The translations under genes were made by a program, and so were the position numbers. A stretch of 64,000 nucleotides of DNA from a virus (lineage: Duplodnaviria; Heunggongvirae; Uroviricota; Caudoviricetes): IMG/VR virus record IMGVR_UViG_3300026302_000005, positions 64,001 through 128,000 of that record; one strand, written 5' to 3'. Positions 10,014 to 19,690 of this stretch are shown piece by piece (the first letter of the stretch is position 1; the number at the start of each line of letters is the position of its first letter). Below the pieces are notes generated by a model. The model was not told the origin of the DNA. It saw only the letters and a list, made by a program, of their open reading frames with translations, and did no database searches.

Positions 10014-11092
10014 ACGACTGGATCAAACGTAACGAACTGGGAACCGAATGGGAACCCGTCTACACCAAGGTGCTCGACCACGGCCATATCGGTCTGATCG
10101 ACTTCATGGGCGATGACAGTGCCATCGTCAATGCTGCCCGGGTCAGCTACGGCAAGGGCACCAAGGCGGTCCAATCCGATGAGGGGCTGATCCGCTACCT
10201 GATGCGGCACTGGCACACCACTCCGTTCGAGATGTGTGATTTCAAATTCCACGTCAAGGCTCCGATCTTCGTGTTCCGCCAATGGCACCGACACCGCACC
10301 GCAAGCATCAACGAATACTCCGGTCGCTACTCGCTACTGGACAACGAGATGTATGTTCCGGACTACTCCCACACGTCCCCACAGGCACGAGACAACAAGC
10401 AGGGTCGGCAAGACAACCTGTTGGAGCCGGAAGACTACAACGCCGTTCGCACCGCTCTGGAGCACGTCAACGAGACCTCTTACCAGACCTATCTGTATCT
10501 GTGTGGACCAACCGAAGAGGGTGGTCAGCCAGCAGCCCCGGATGCCCTCCAGGAGCGGCATAAGGTCGTCGAGCAGGCTGCGTTGAATGCGATCATCAAG
10601 CTTCGTCAGCAGCAAGCGTATGCACCTGAGGAAGAGCAGATCGTGATCGACGAGGACTTCGTTGAATCGGTTCTTCGCGATTGGTTCATCCAGGCCAACT
10701 GCCATGTGATCACCAAGGAATATCCGGGGATCGCTCGGGAACTGGCCCGCATGGTGCTGCCGGTGTCCACCTACAGCCAGATGTATTGGAAGGCCAACCT
10801 CCACAACATCATGCACTTCATGCGACTGCGGGCCGATCCCCATGCCCAGTATGAAATCCGCGTCTATGCGGAAGCCATGATGGAGATGATCCGACCAATC
10901 GTTCCAATGGCGATCAAGGCTTTCGAGGATTACCAGCTTCGTGCATCCCATCTGTCTAGGATGGAAACCGAACTGGTCAGGGCCGCTCGTGCAGGAACTA
11001 TTGACATCACCAAGAATGATGCGGTAGAAGAGTTTCTGAAAGGGGCGGGTTGTTCGTCCCGTGAGATCGCCGAGTTCATCAAGAGGTTCTAA
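10010..11092 (+). CDS. thyX: Flavin-dependent thymidylate synthase ThyX with internal insertion
   Basis: NAARVSY, HTTPFE, RQWHRHRTASINEYSGRY, ARELARMVLP and HAQYEIR motifs. Start MNDW. Confidence 0.95.
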   Translation: MNDWIKRNELGTEWEPVYTKVLDHGHIGLIDFMGDDSAIVNAARVSYGKGTKAVQSDEGLIRYLMRHWHTTPFEMCDFKFHVKAPIFVFRQWHRHRTASINEYSGRYSLLDNEMYVPDYSHTSPQARDNKQGRQDNLLEPEDYNAVRTALEHVNETSYQTYLYLCGPTEEGGQPAAPDALQERHKVVEQAALNAIIKLRQQQAYAPEEEQIVIDEDFVESVLRDWFIQANCHVITKEYPGIARELARMVLPVSTYSQMYWKANLHNIMHFMRLRADPHAQYEIRVYAEAMMEMIRPIVPMAIKAFEDYQLRASHLSRMETELVRAARAGTIDITKNDAVEEFLKGAGCSSREIAEFIKRF

Positions 11093-11667
11093 TGGATATC
11101 GTTCGGGTCGATGGTATTGACCTGTTAGCCCTGACCTACGAAGAAGAACAGAACCTGGCTCGTGCAGTCATGGATTGCATAGCCATGCGTGAGGTCCGGG
11201 GGGAATTTCAAGTCCTCCTGGACCGCGTGTATGAATGGAAAGGCAAAACCGGCTACTGGCCACGGGTCGATGATATCATCATGATACTCGACTACATGAA
11301 GCAGTATGGAATACCCGAACCGGTGTTCCACGATGACGGCAAGAACATCAAAGACGATTTGGATCGAAACCTACACCCGACCGCAGAGGATCGCAAGCAG
11401 GAAAGCTGCCGCATGGTCATCCAGGCATGGAGAGAGGTGTGGGAACGACACGATGCCCACAAGGCCGTGGCTGACGTTTACCTGACGTTTCCAGGCGATA
11501 TGGAGCGGGAACACAAAGATGAGTTCGAAGAGTTTCTGGCAGAGCAGATAGAGATCGAACGTGAGTTTTGGCTGGAGGTAGATCGCCTCGTGGTCAGCAT
11601 GAACTGCTCCAGGACGGATGCCATCAGGATGGCCTCGGACTACATGATGAGAGGGGATGTAGGGTGA
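11092..11667 (+). CDS. Hypothetical protein
   Basis: TAATG coupling to thyX; acidic helical ORF. Confidence 0.65.
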   Translation: MDIVRVDGIDLLALTYEEEQNLARAVMDCIAMREVRGEFQVLLDRVYEWKGKTGYWPRVDDIIMILDYMKQYGIPEPVFHDDGKNIKDDLDRNLHPTAEDRKQESCRMVIQAWREVWERHDAHKAVADVYLTFPGDMEREHKDEFEEFLAEQIEIEREFWLEVDRLVVSMNCSRTDAIRMASDYMMRGDVG

Positions 11668-11768
11668 GCCTCCCCTGAACTCCAATTGACACAGACACAA
11701 CACAAACGGAAGGTGGGTCCAGGAGAGGCTCGTTGCAGAGGGTTACCAGCCGCTCTACAAGGAAGAAT

Positions 11769-12527
11769 TTAGGATCGATGACCTTGGAAGTCAATACCAG
11801 AGATCGATTTATTTGAAGGGTGCATCGAGATGTTAGTCCCGTCCCGACCGATGATTTCAAGTTGGTCCGGTATGGGTTGATCCATCAATGCCGGTTTATG
11901 GATGACTCGAAGAGACCTGAACGCGGGGGACGACGGGGCTGTATAAACTCCCATCGATTTGAAATAGTCAATCATGTCGGTGATCGATTGGGGGTTAACC
12001 CGGGCTTGTGTCATCTTTGAAATGACGTCCTCGAAATTACCAGGCCAGATCGAATTGACCATATGGGAGAAATTGAAATCGATATGTTTGATCCAACGAT
12101 CCATCCCCCATTGCCATTTCTGGCTGGTCACCACGGGATCATATCGAGGACGATAATAACGACCAGGGGTGCTCTTCGATTCGATCAACGATCTGACATC
12201 TGAGGGCAACGGCATCTTCGTGGACTGGACAGCATTCACCAAATCCATGAACTCTTGACTGGTGATCGATTTCTTCTGAACAGCAGTCTTGTGGAACAGG
12301 TCGAATGCCATCTTAGCGAAGACAGGTGAGGTGAAATGAGCGATAGCATGCATCAGGAGGGTAATGAATTGAACGATCTCACGCTTGGTGAAAAAGACTG
12401 TATGCCCGATGAACATGTAAGATTGGCTCCGTCGTGTGGTATCAGTGTCACCAAGCCATCTAGGTGCTTCGATCATCCAGGTCAAGAGCCCTACGGCACG
12501 AAATGCACGACCGCCAGGTCGGTGCAT
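11769..12527 (-). CDS. Hypothetical protein (start uncertain)
   Basis: Only long ORF in this interval; no clear SD. Confidence 0.4.
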   Translation of the reverse strand: MHRPGGRAFRAVGLLTWMIEAPRWLGDTDTTRRSQSYMFIGHTVFFTKREIVQFITLLMHAIAHFTSPVFAKMAFDLFHKTAVQKKSITSQEFMDLVNAVQSTKMPLPSDVRSLIESKSTPGRYYRPRYDPVVTSQKWQWGMDRWIKHIDFNFSHMVNSIWPGNFEDVISKMTQARVNPQSITDMIDYFKSMGVYTAPSSPAFRSLRVIHKPALMDQPIPDQLEIIGRDGTNISMHPSNKSISGIDFQGHRS

Positions 12528-12869
12528 CCGTCAACCGATCAGTTTTTTGTTGTTCGAACGGAGTGAGAACTACAAAACAGATAGCCCTGTGATACTAAGA
12601 ATCCATAAGACTCTCATGCGCGAACGCGCCCTCTTCTTCTTTATTGCGGAACTTTTTGATTCGCTTGATTTAAGGCATCGTCGCAACTGCCTGTTATTCC
12701 ATGATATTCGTTCAATCCAAAAAGTTCCGTAAAGTTCCGTAAAATCGGGCCTGGATGATCTGAAAGCGACATCCAAAAATGTCGCTTTTGTTATACCTTC
12801 TGAGCACCGATTTACATGGAAAATGGCGTTGGCTGCACCTAAATATTTCCACATGACGAGAGGTCCCAC

Positions 12870-13844
12870 ATGAAAAACCCACTGATCGATGATCTTGATG
12901 AAGCCGGAATGATCCCTTCGATAGAGGTTGCTCTACCCACGTTGGCTGCGTTCTACCCCAAGGGTGAGGTCCTTCGACCGGAAGCTGACCCGCTTGCGAT
13001 GAAGGTCTATCCACTATCGGTTCTTGACGAATCATCTTTTCGAGACCCCCTGATGCTGCTATCCGGACAGGCCATCGGCAAGATGGTTCGACGGGTATGC
13101 CCTGGTGTTGATGACCCCGGCAAGCTGACCGATCTGGACGTCCAGGTCATCATTCTGGCTTGTCGTATTGCCAGCTATGGTGCTACCTTGAAGCTCGAAC
13201 ATACCTGCTCGAAGTGCCAGACCAAGACGGATTTGCAGGTCGATCTCAACGATCACATTCTTCGATATAGCCCATTCAGTCCTGATGAATTGGCTGAGTT
13301 CGATCTGGATATCGTGGAAATCGGACAAAAAATCCGACTGCGACCGATGTTGTATGAGGACGCTATCGACGTTGCCATGAACATGGTTCGATCCAATATC
13401 AGTGCTGAGAAGTTCGATTCCGCCCATACAGAGGATGTCAACCAACTGACAGATGCCTTCATTCAGGAATACCAGGCTCAATTCGAGTCGAGTATCAAAA
13501 CGAACATCGATGCCATCTGTTCGTCCATATTCACGGTTACGACAACGACCGGCAAGGTCGTGAACAATCCGGATATGATCAAAGAGTGGTTCTTGAGGCT
13601 GACACCGAACCTCACAAAGATGATCACTGATCGGATCACGAAGATCAACCTGTCGATACGAGAACGATCTAAACTGGCATATACCTGTGTGTCCTGTGGA
13701 ACCGAAAACACCTTCTATATGGAATTGGACCCACAGAAACTTTTTACGCCAGCGGAGGGTTCCGCACCCGTGACGAACTCCTCCGCCGCGTCTCCGACCA
13801 CCGAGAAGCCCACGAAAAAACCCTCAAAAGTATCGCGGAGGTAG
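12870..13844 (+). CDS. Baseplate hub assembly chaperone, T4 gp26-like
   Basis: LPT..FYP, DV.VIILACRIASYG and two CxxC motifs (CSKC, CVSC); TAAATA at 12840. Confidence 0.8.
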   Translation: MKNPLIDDLDEAGMIPSIEVALPTLAAFYPKGEVLRPEADPLAMKVYPLSVLDESSFRDPLMLLSGQAIGKMVRRVCPGVDDPGKLTDLDVQVIILACRIASYGATLKLEHTCSKCQTKTDLQVDLNDHILRYSPFSPDELAEFDLDIVEIGQKIRLRPMLYEDAIDVAMNMVRSNISAEKFDSAHTEDVNQLTDAFIQEYQAQFESSIKTNIDAICSSIFTVTTTTGKVVNNPDMIKEWFLRLTPNLTKMITDRITKINLSIRERSKLAYTCVSCGTENTFYMELDPQKLFTPAEGSAPVTNSSAASPTTEKPTKKPSKVSRR

Positions 13845-13981
13845 TCTATCACTTCCAGGGTGGTCTTGATTATCGATATGCGAAAACTCTCCCACCGGTC
13901 GAAGTTGATGCATTGGTGGCAACCATCAACAAGATCAGAAAAGAGGAAGAGCAGGCTTTGTCTTCGGCCCGGGGGAAATGA
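13745..13981 (+). CDS. gp51-like tail chaperone extension in the -1 frame, probably reached by frameshift
   Basis: 78 open codons (YASGGFRTRDELL...IAEVVYHFQGGLDY...KEEEQ). No ATG/GTG/TTG lies between the upstream stop (~13670) and the CTTTTT run. Confidence 0.6.
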   Translation, partial: YASGGFRTRDELLRRVSDHREAHEKTLKSIAEVVYHFQGGLDYRYAKTLPPVEVDALVATINKIRKEEEQALSSARGK

Positions 13982-13988
13982 TTCGTTC

Positions 13989-14017
13989 TTGACAAACGAA
14001 TGAAATCCTGGTATACG
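13989..14017 (+). promoter_or_regulatory. Sigma70-type early promoter
   Basis: TTGACA-17 nt-TATACG, with extended TG. Confidence 0.65.
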
Positions 14018-14042
14018 TGTGGGAAGCTATTGGAGATGAGTT

Positions 14043-14285
14043 ATGTCCAGACACTCTGCACCGACTGATTACAAACCGATGGTTACCGGTCAACCCGGTA
14101 TGAACGGGCTTGAGATTATCATCTACCCACCGCTGTTCTTGGTGGTGTTCTTCATCCTGGTCGTCATTTTCGGCGATGTAGTGGCGGTCATTCTGACAGT
14201 GATCGGATATATCGGTGCTCTGTTGGTGACCTACCACAAACAACAAGTCAACCGTAAGGCACGAATCGCCTACAACGCCCGCTGA
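14043..14285 (+). CDS. Small membrane protein
   Basis: GGAG SD; two hydrophobic helices. Confidence 0.6.
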   Translation: MSRHSAPTDYKPMVTGQPGMNGLEIIIYPPLFLVVFFILVVIFGDVVAVILTVIGYIGALLVTYHKQQVNRKARIAYNAR

Positions 14286-14348
14286 ACATACGCACAAGAT
14301 TTGCTTTCCAATGGGTCTAAATACCTGAGACCCATATGGAGATCAGGT

Positions 14349-16811
14349 GTGGCTAACAGGAACGGACAACCACCACAGCAGAAAGAGCTTCGTGTTCGCA
14401 ACATCATTGCGGGCAAATCGACGACCCAGGAAATGGTTGTCGAGCGGTTGTCCATTAACACCAATGATCGGAAGACGGCTGAGTCTGATCTGATGACGGA
14501 TGTTGCGAATGCTCTGCGTGATCAAACCGACACGTTGGCGAAATCGTTGGATGAACTCCGAAAGGTCAACAAAGACCAGTTGGACAGTTTGAAAGCATTG
14601 TCTAAGACGGCTAGTTCCAAAGATGGAGTGGAAGCCGCATCGAAGACTATGAGTTCGGCTATGTCTGATGCTCTGAACAAACTCGGCGTCGGTGGTGGCT
14701 CTGGCGGCTCTGGTGTAGATAGCTCCGATACCAGAGAAGCTGCCGAGATCAAGCGTCTCGACAAAGATATGAAGGAGGTTCTCAAGGAACTGACCAACGC
14801 CATCAAAGGTCTGGCTGGTGCCGAGTCCGTAGGAAGCGGGACTGTTCCGGCTGAGGGGGCAACCGAGGGTGGTGGTCGTCGTGGTCCTGGTCAGGCACAA
14901 CAGGATGTTCGTAACTTCGTAAAAGCTATCGGTTTCAAGGACAAGATCAAAGAAGGCACAAACCTGGAACGGATGGAACGCATCCTAAAGGTTATGGAGT
15001 GGCGAGAAAAGCGCAAGGCTCCGGATGAACGAGATAGTGGTCTGGTCAGACTGATCGGCGACACGTTGGTATCGGAACTCGAAAGCGGCATTACGAACTT
15101 TGCCGATGCTATTCAGCGGGCTACATCAAGTGTTGTGAGTTTTTCCAACGTGACGGATTGGGCCCGGGGGCGGTTCTCCCTGGCTCTGGAAGCCTCGACA
15201 TCAGGTATCATGAGCTTTGGGGATGCATTCCTCGATCTGTTCCCGGGGCTGATTCGTGGTGGTGACAACCTGGTATCGACCTTGAAGCTGACCCGTAGTG
15301 CATTGTCTGATGGTTTGATCAACCCTATTGGAACCATGGGAGACAGTCTCGAAGGGGTTTCGGAGTCTCTATATCAAACCCGCGACACCCTTCGTGATCA
15401 GGGTGTTAATGCGATGTCTCGGCTGGGCTTTGAAGAGGCCAACGAGGCGATGATCCAACTGTTCGCATTGGAACGTCGGCGTGATGTTGGTGCCAACATC
15501 AGTTCCGGCATGACCCAGCGCAATATGGCCCGTCAGCTTGAGTATGCTCAGATGATCGCCACCAATACCGGACAGACCGCACTAGAGGTGTTGAAGGCTA
15601 ACCAAGAGCGGGCACGGCAGCTTTCCAACTTGCAGGCCGGTGGTATCCTGGGTGGCCCGGATGGTGAGAATTTCAGCAACGCCATGATGGCGTTCCGTGG
15701 TGCCGGTATGGGTGGGTTTGAAGAACTCATCGCAGGCATTGCCCGAGCCGGTGGTGATCCCACTCTGTATCTTTCTCAGAACTCGGACTTTGCCCAGGGT
15801 CTTGCAACGACCGGTAAGAATGCCGAGTTCTACGACCTGATCAATGCGATTCGCGGTGGGGCTGATCCAAATACTATCATGCAACTGGCTGGTCGCATGG
15901 GTGGAGGCAACCTTACCGGTATTGCTGGATCGACCACTATCGGTGAACAGATGCTGGGTCTGTCTGGTGAAGCTGGTTTGGCAAAGAACTATGTTCCTGA
16001 CGAAGAACCCGATTGGTTCATCTCTGCCTTCACATGGGTGAAGGATGCCTGGACCAACATGGGTGGCTCCGACGCGGCCATGTTGGTGGCGGTTGGTGCT
16101 AACGTAACAGCATTGTGGGCTAACACGGCGGCTCTACTTGGCGGTGGTATTGGCGGTCTTATGGGTCGTATGGGTGGGCTCGCCAAAGGTGCAGGTAGAA
16201 TGGCCATGGGGGCTGGACGATCCGTGATCGGGGCGGGGGCTGGATTGCTTTCTGGTGCAGGAGGAATGGCCATGGGGGCTGGCCGATCTGTTGCTGGTGC
16301 TGCTGCCGGGATGGGGTTGAAATCCCTCATCAAGAAGATTCCGATCATTGGATTGATTGCTGGTCTTGGATTTGCTGGTGGACGCGCTTTGGCCGGTGAC
16401 TGGACTGGTGCTGCATTGGAAGCTGCATCTGGTGTCGCCGGAACTGTTCCTGGTCTTGGCACCGCTGCATCTTTGGGCTTGGATGCCACTCTTGCTGCAC
16501 GTGACATGGGAATGATCGGTTCATCTGGGCAATCGGCTATTACCCCACTTGGTGAAACTGTTGGTCCTGCACCACCCGGATCGACGACGAATGCCGGAAT
16601 TCGAAACGATACACAGCGACTGATACTGGAGACCAATAGGCTTCTGGATCGTATCCTGGTGTTGGCACAGGACGAAATTGATGTCCTGAAAGACATCAAG
16701 GGTAATACGGCCAAGACTACAGTTCAGGCCCCGGAGGGCTTCTGGTCTTCTTTGATGGCCAGAGATGAGCCCGCTCCGGCGTCCGGAATGGGGACTAACG
16801 GTCAACCATAA
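14349..16811 (+). CDS. Probable tape-measure/baseplate hub protein (gp29-like)
   Basis: Long Ala/Gly-rich helical protein with a KKIPIIGLIAGLGFA...GDWTGAALE motif. It follows the chaperone. TAAATA at 14318 and a GGAG SD precede the GTG at 14349. Confidence 0.65.
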   Translation: MANRNGQPPQQKELRVRNIIAGKSTTQEMVVERLSINTNDRKTAESDLMTDVANALRDQTDTLAKSLDELRKVNKDQLDSLKALSKTASSKDGVEAASKTMSSAMSDALNKLGVGGGSGGSGVDSSDTREAAEIKRLDKDMKEVLKELTNAIKGLAGAESVGSGTVPAEGATEGGGRRGPGQAQQDVRNFVKAIGFKDKIKEGTNLERMERILKVMEWREKRKAPDERDSGLVRLIGDTLVSELESGITNFADAIQRATSSVVSFSNVTDWARGRFSLALEASTSGIMSFGDAFLDLFPGLIRGGDNLVSTLKLTRSALSDGLINPIGTMGDSLEGVSESLYQTRDTLRDQGVNAMSRLGFEEANEAMIQLFALERRRDVGANISSGMTQRNMARQLEYAQMIATNTGQTALEVLKANQERARQLSNLQAGGILGGPDGENFSNAMMAFRGAGMGGFEELIAGIARAGGDPTLYLSQNSDFAQGLATTGKNAEFYDLINAIRGGADPNTIMQLAGRMGGGNLTGIAGSTTIGEQMLGLSGEAGLAKNYVPDEEPDWFISAFTWVKDAWTNMGGSDAAMLVAVGANVTALWANTAALLGGGIGGLMGRMGGLAKGAGRMAMGAGRSVIGAGAGLLSGAGGMAMGAGRSVAGAAAGMGLKSLIKKIPIIGLIAGLGFAGGRALAGDWTGAALEAASGVAGTVPGLGTAASLGLDATLAARDMGMIGSSGQSAITPLGETVGPAPPGSTTNAGIRNDTQRLILETNRLLDRILVLAQDEIDVLKDIKGNTAKTTVQAPEGFWSSLMARDEPAPASGMGTNGQP

Positions 16812-16874
16812 CGCTGATCCACTGGGTTTCGCAAACTCTTCTCCTAAATATTCAAGCCAGGAGAGAGTTTCAGC

Positions 16875-18857
16875 ATGACGAATAGAATAGTGGCAAAGCC
16901 ATCTGAGGGCCAGTCGTCTCGTCGCCGACGAAAGCTGACCGATTATGGTGGAAGCAACACATGGGATGGGTCTCGGGACAGTCTCAATGTGCTCCATCAG
17001 GTTTATCGCGGTCGTTTCGACAGATTTGAACGCTATCGGATGTATGAGTGGATGGATCAGGACTCGGATATTTCCCGAGCCCTGGACCTGATTGCCGAAC
17101 ACTCTTCGGAAAAAGACAACGACAACCGACACTTCATTCTTGACTGGTATACAGAAGAGCCGACCGCAGAACTATCAGCGGTGCTGAAAGCTCATATGGA
17201 TCAGTGGTCGAAGATCAACCGGTTGGACAAACACCTGTTCAAGACCATGCGGAACGTCCTGAAATACGGCGACTGGTTCATGTTCCGTAACCCACACACG
17301 TTTGAACTCTATGACATTCATCCGATGGACGTTCTTGGTGCCATCGTGGATCGCAACACCCTGGATATCCTGGGCTGGGTGATTCGAGATTTCCGCTGGA
17401 ACATCACCGATCTGGAGATCAACGTCGAGAGCCGGGAGATGCAGCAGCAGTTGAACAGCTTCAACGCTACCAACTCTTCGACCGGTAATTCTGGACAAGG
17501 AACCCGGGCCATCCCGGCGATCCACGTTCTGCACTTCTCACTGTCCGAAGGCAAGCTTGCATCCAATGGCATGTATGGGCAGTCGCAGTATTCCAACGCA
17601 TGGCCGTTCGGAAATTCCTGGCTGGAGAAGGCATTCAAGACGTTCAAGCAACGAGAGCTTCTCGAAGACGCGGCCCTGATCCACCGTGTTCAGCGGGCAC
17701 CGTCTCGTCACGTCTGGTATATCGACACCGGTAAGATGCGTCATGACCGGTCGAAGTTCGTCATTCAAAACTTCAAGAACGAACTCAATCAGAAGCGTAT
17801 CCCGCAGTTTGTGGGATCGAATACCCGTGGTGTAGATTCCGTCTACAACCCGATCAGTCAGCTTGAAGACATCTACATTCCCGTCAGTATGGACCAGCGT
17901 GGTTCAAAGGTCGAACAGCTTGAGGGGACACCGTGGTCGGATATGCCTGACCTGGATTACTTCAAGCAGAAGATGGCTGCGGCTTTGCGTGTTCCATATG
18001 CATGGCTTCTACCGGCTGGTGAGGGTGGCATCACCCCCAGTGATGGTCGAATGGGTCAGGCTACACAAGAAGAGATCGAGTTCTCTCGATTCTGTTCTCG
18101 TCTACACACCTATATGATCGAGACCTGGGATCATGAGTTCAAACTATACTCGCGTTGGCGAGATGTCAGTGCGAACTGGGCAGACTTCCAACTCATGTTC
18201 GTTCCCCCGACGGATTATCAAGCATCGAAAGAGCGGGCCCGTCTATCAGAAGCTACCAATGCGTTCAAGAACCTGGTGGATTTGCCATTCCTGTCCAAGC
18301 GGATGCTGATGAAGCTCGCTCTGGGTTGGACTGATGATCAGATTGCCATGAACGAAAAGATGGTGGACGAAGAGAACAACCGCAAAGAAGCCTCTGCCAG
18401 TATGGATGGTGGTTTCGGTGGTGGTATGGGTATGCCAATGGGCGATATGCCACCTGATCCAGGTCTACCAGTTGCTGACGGTGGGGTTCAGGCCCCGTCG
18501 GTAACCAGTGGTATGGACGCAGGGGCCTCCATGGGTAGTGCCGGTATGGGTGCAGGAGGAGGTGGCGCAATGGAGTCGTTCAAACCATTCAAGGGTAATC
18601 GACTGGTTGAGGATGATCTCGACCTACCGGGTCCGAAACTGGATATGACCGACCTGAGTCGTGTTCCGAACGATCCATCTGTTTTGGGTCGGGATCGCAT
18701 TGCGGGCAAACCTATTGCAACGCTGGAACTGATCCAGCGTATCCGCCATGCACAATTCTCGAAGCGGGTTGATTGGCAAAAGCGGTTGAAAATGCTCAAC
18801 CGTGTCTACGGTTCACCACAAGAAGACGCCGGTGGTATGGGTCTAGGCGGAATGTAA
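16875..18857 (+). CDS. gp20: Portal protein (T4 gp20-like) with C-terminal extension
   Basis: YEWMDQDSDISRALD, LLEDAALIHRVQRAP, EDIYIP and DLDYF motifs; head-module synteny. Confidence 0.92.
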   Translation: MTNRIVAKPSEGQSSRRRRKLTDYGGSNTWDGSRDSLNVLHQVYRGRFDRFERYRMYEWMDQDSDISRALDLIAEHSSEKDNDNRHFILDWYTEEPTAELSAVLKAHMDQWSKINRLDKHLFKTMRNVLKYGDWFMFRNPHTFELYDIHPMDVLGAIVDRNTLDILGWVIRDFRWNITDLEINVESREMQQQLNSFNATNSSTGNSGQGTRAIPAIHVLHFSLSEGKLASNGMYGQSQYSNAWPFGNSWLEKAFKTFKQRELLEDAALIHRVQRAPSRHVWYIDTGKMRHDRSKFVIQNFKNELNQKRIPQFVGSNTRGVDSVYNPISQLEDIYIPVSMDQRGSKVEQLEGTPWSDMPDLDYFKQKMAAALRVPYAWLLPAGEGGITPSDGRMGQATQEEIEFSRFCSRLHTYMIETWDHEFKLYSRWRDVSANWADFQLMFVPPTDYQASKERARLSEATNAFKNLVDLPFLSKRMLMKLALGWTDDQIAMNEKMVDEENNRKEASASMDGGFGGGMGMPMGDMPPDPGLPVADGGVQAPSVTSGMDAGASMGSAGMGAGGGGAMESFKPFKGNRLVEDDLDLPGPKLDMTDLSRVPNDPSVLGRDRIAGKPIATLELIQRIRHAQFSKRVDWQKRLKMLNRVYGSPQEDAGGMGLGGM

Positions 18858-18937
18858 GAGAAAAAGGCTGTTTTGGCACCATGCTGGGTGCCCGGTCTTA
18901 AATATAAATGTAACCCCAACTGTGAGGGAAATGAAAA

Positions 18938-19681
18938 ATGACCAAAACTGACAACTTCCGTGATGTCATCTCCAAGATGATCGAGGCGGTGACGCTGGAC
19001 GACAAAGGTAATCTCACCGTCGTCAACAAGACCGCAATGGCCGAAGCCGACGAGCTTCTGAACCAACTGGTAGTCGAGACGGCTCGCAACTGGTGGGCAC
19101 AGCTTGAGTCTGCCGAAGACTCCCTGGCCAACATGGCTGACGAAATCTCGTTTGCTGAACTGAACACCGATCCTTCCCACATGGCAACTCCGGCTATCAA
19201 GTCGCCGAAGCCGATGGCCGCTGCACCCGCGATGGAAGCAGCATTGGGCGGTCCTGAGTTTGATCTTCGTGGCATCTTCGAGATGGCCGAAGATGATGGC
19301 GACATGGGCCCCCAGGATGGTGACGATGGCTACGACGATCTGATGCGTGGCGATGATGAAGCCGGAATTGGTGACAGTGCTCCGACCGATGGTGAACTCG
19401 ATCTTGATGGCGGCGATGACCTCGATGCCATGGGCGACGACGGTATGGGCGACGACTTCGGTGCATCCGATGACGGGCTTGACGGCGGCGGTGATGGAGA
19501 GTTCGACTTCTCGTTCTTGGACGACCAGGGTGATGACTTCGGTGGCGATCAGGGCGACGGCGATCTAGGCGGTGATGACCTGGGTGGTGAATTCGGCGAT
19601 GACGACGGCATGGGTGATGACCTGGGCGGTGAATTCGGCGATGACGACCAGGGCGACGACCTTGGTGGCTTCCAGCAGTAA
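18938..19681 (+). CDS. Acidic prohead core protein
   Basis: Very Asp/Gly-rich with a duplicated DDLGGEFGDDD; lies between portal and protease; TAAATA at 18899. Confidence 0.7.
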   Translation: MTKTDNFRDVISKMIEAVTLDDKGNLTVVNKTAMAEADELLNQLVVETARNWWAQLESAEDSLANMADEISFAELNTDPSHMATPAIKSPKPMAAAPAMEAALGGPEFDLRGIFEMAEDDGDMGPQDGDDGYDDLMRGDDEAGIGDSAPTDGELDLDGGDDLDAMGDDGMGDDFGASDDGLDGGGDGEFDFSFLDDQGDDFGGDQGDGDLGGDDLGGEFGDDDGMGDDLGGEFGDDDQGDDLGGFQQ

Positions 19682-19690
19682 TCGGAACTG

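Noticed and set aside
10500-10705. ThyX insert begins with Cys and ends Asn-Cys, like an intein
   Set aside because: At about 67 aa it is far too short, and no intein block A/B/G motifs (TxxH, HN) are visible.
14301-14348. ORF-track upstream starts (also 2752, 9788, 48022, 54080, 63571)
   Set aside because: They overlap promoter boxes or upstream genes; downstream starts with SDs or coupling fit better.
19574-19650. Direct repeat encoding DDLGGEFGDDD (also KAETKE at ~23208 and GMAMGAGRSV-like at ~16200)
   Set aside because: These are short coding duplications in low-complexity protein regions, not a DNA-level element.
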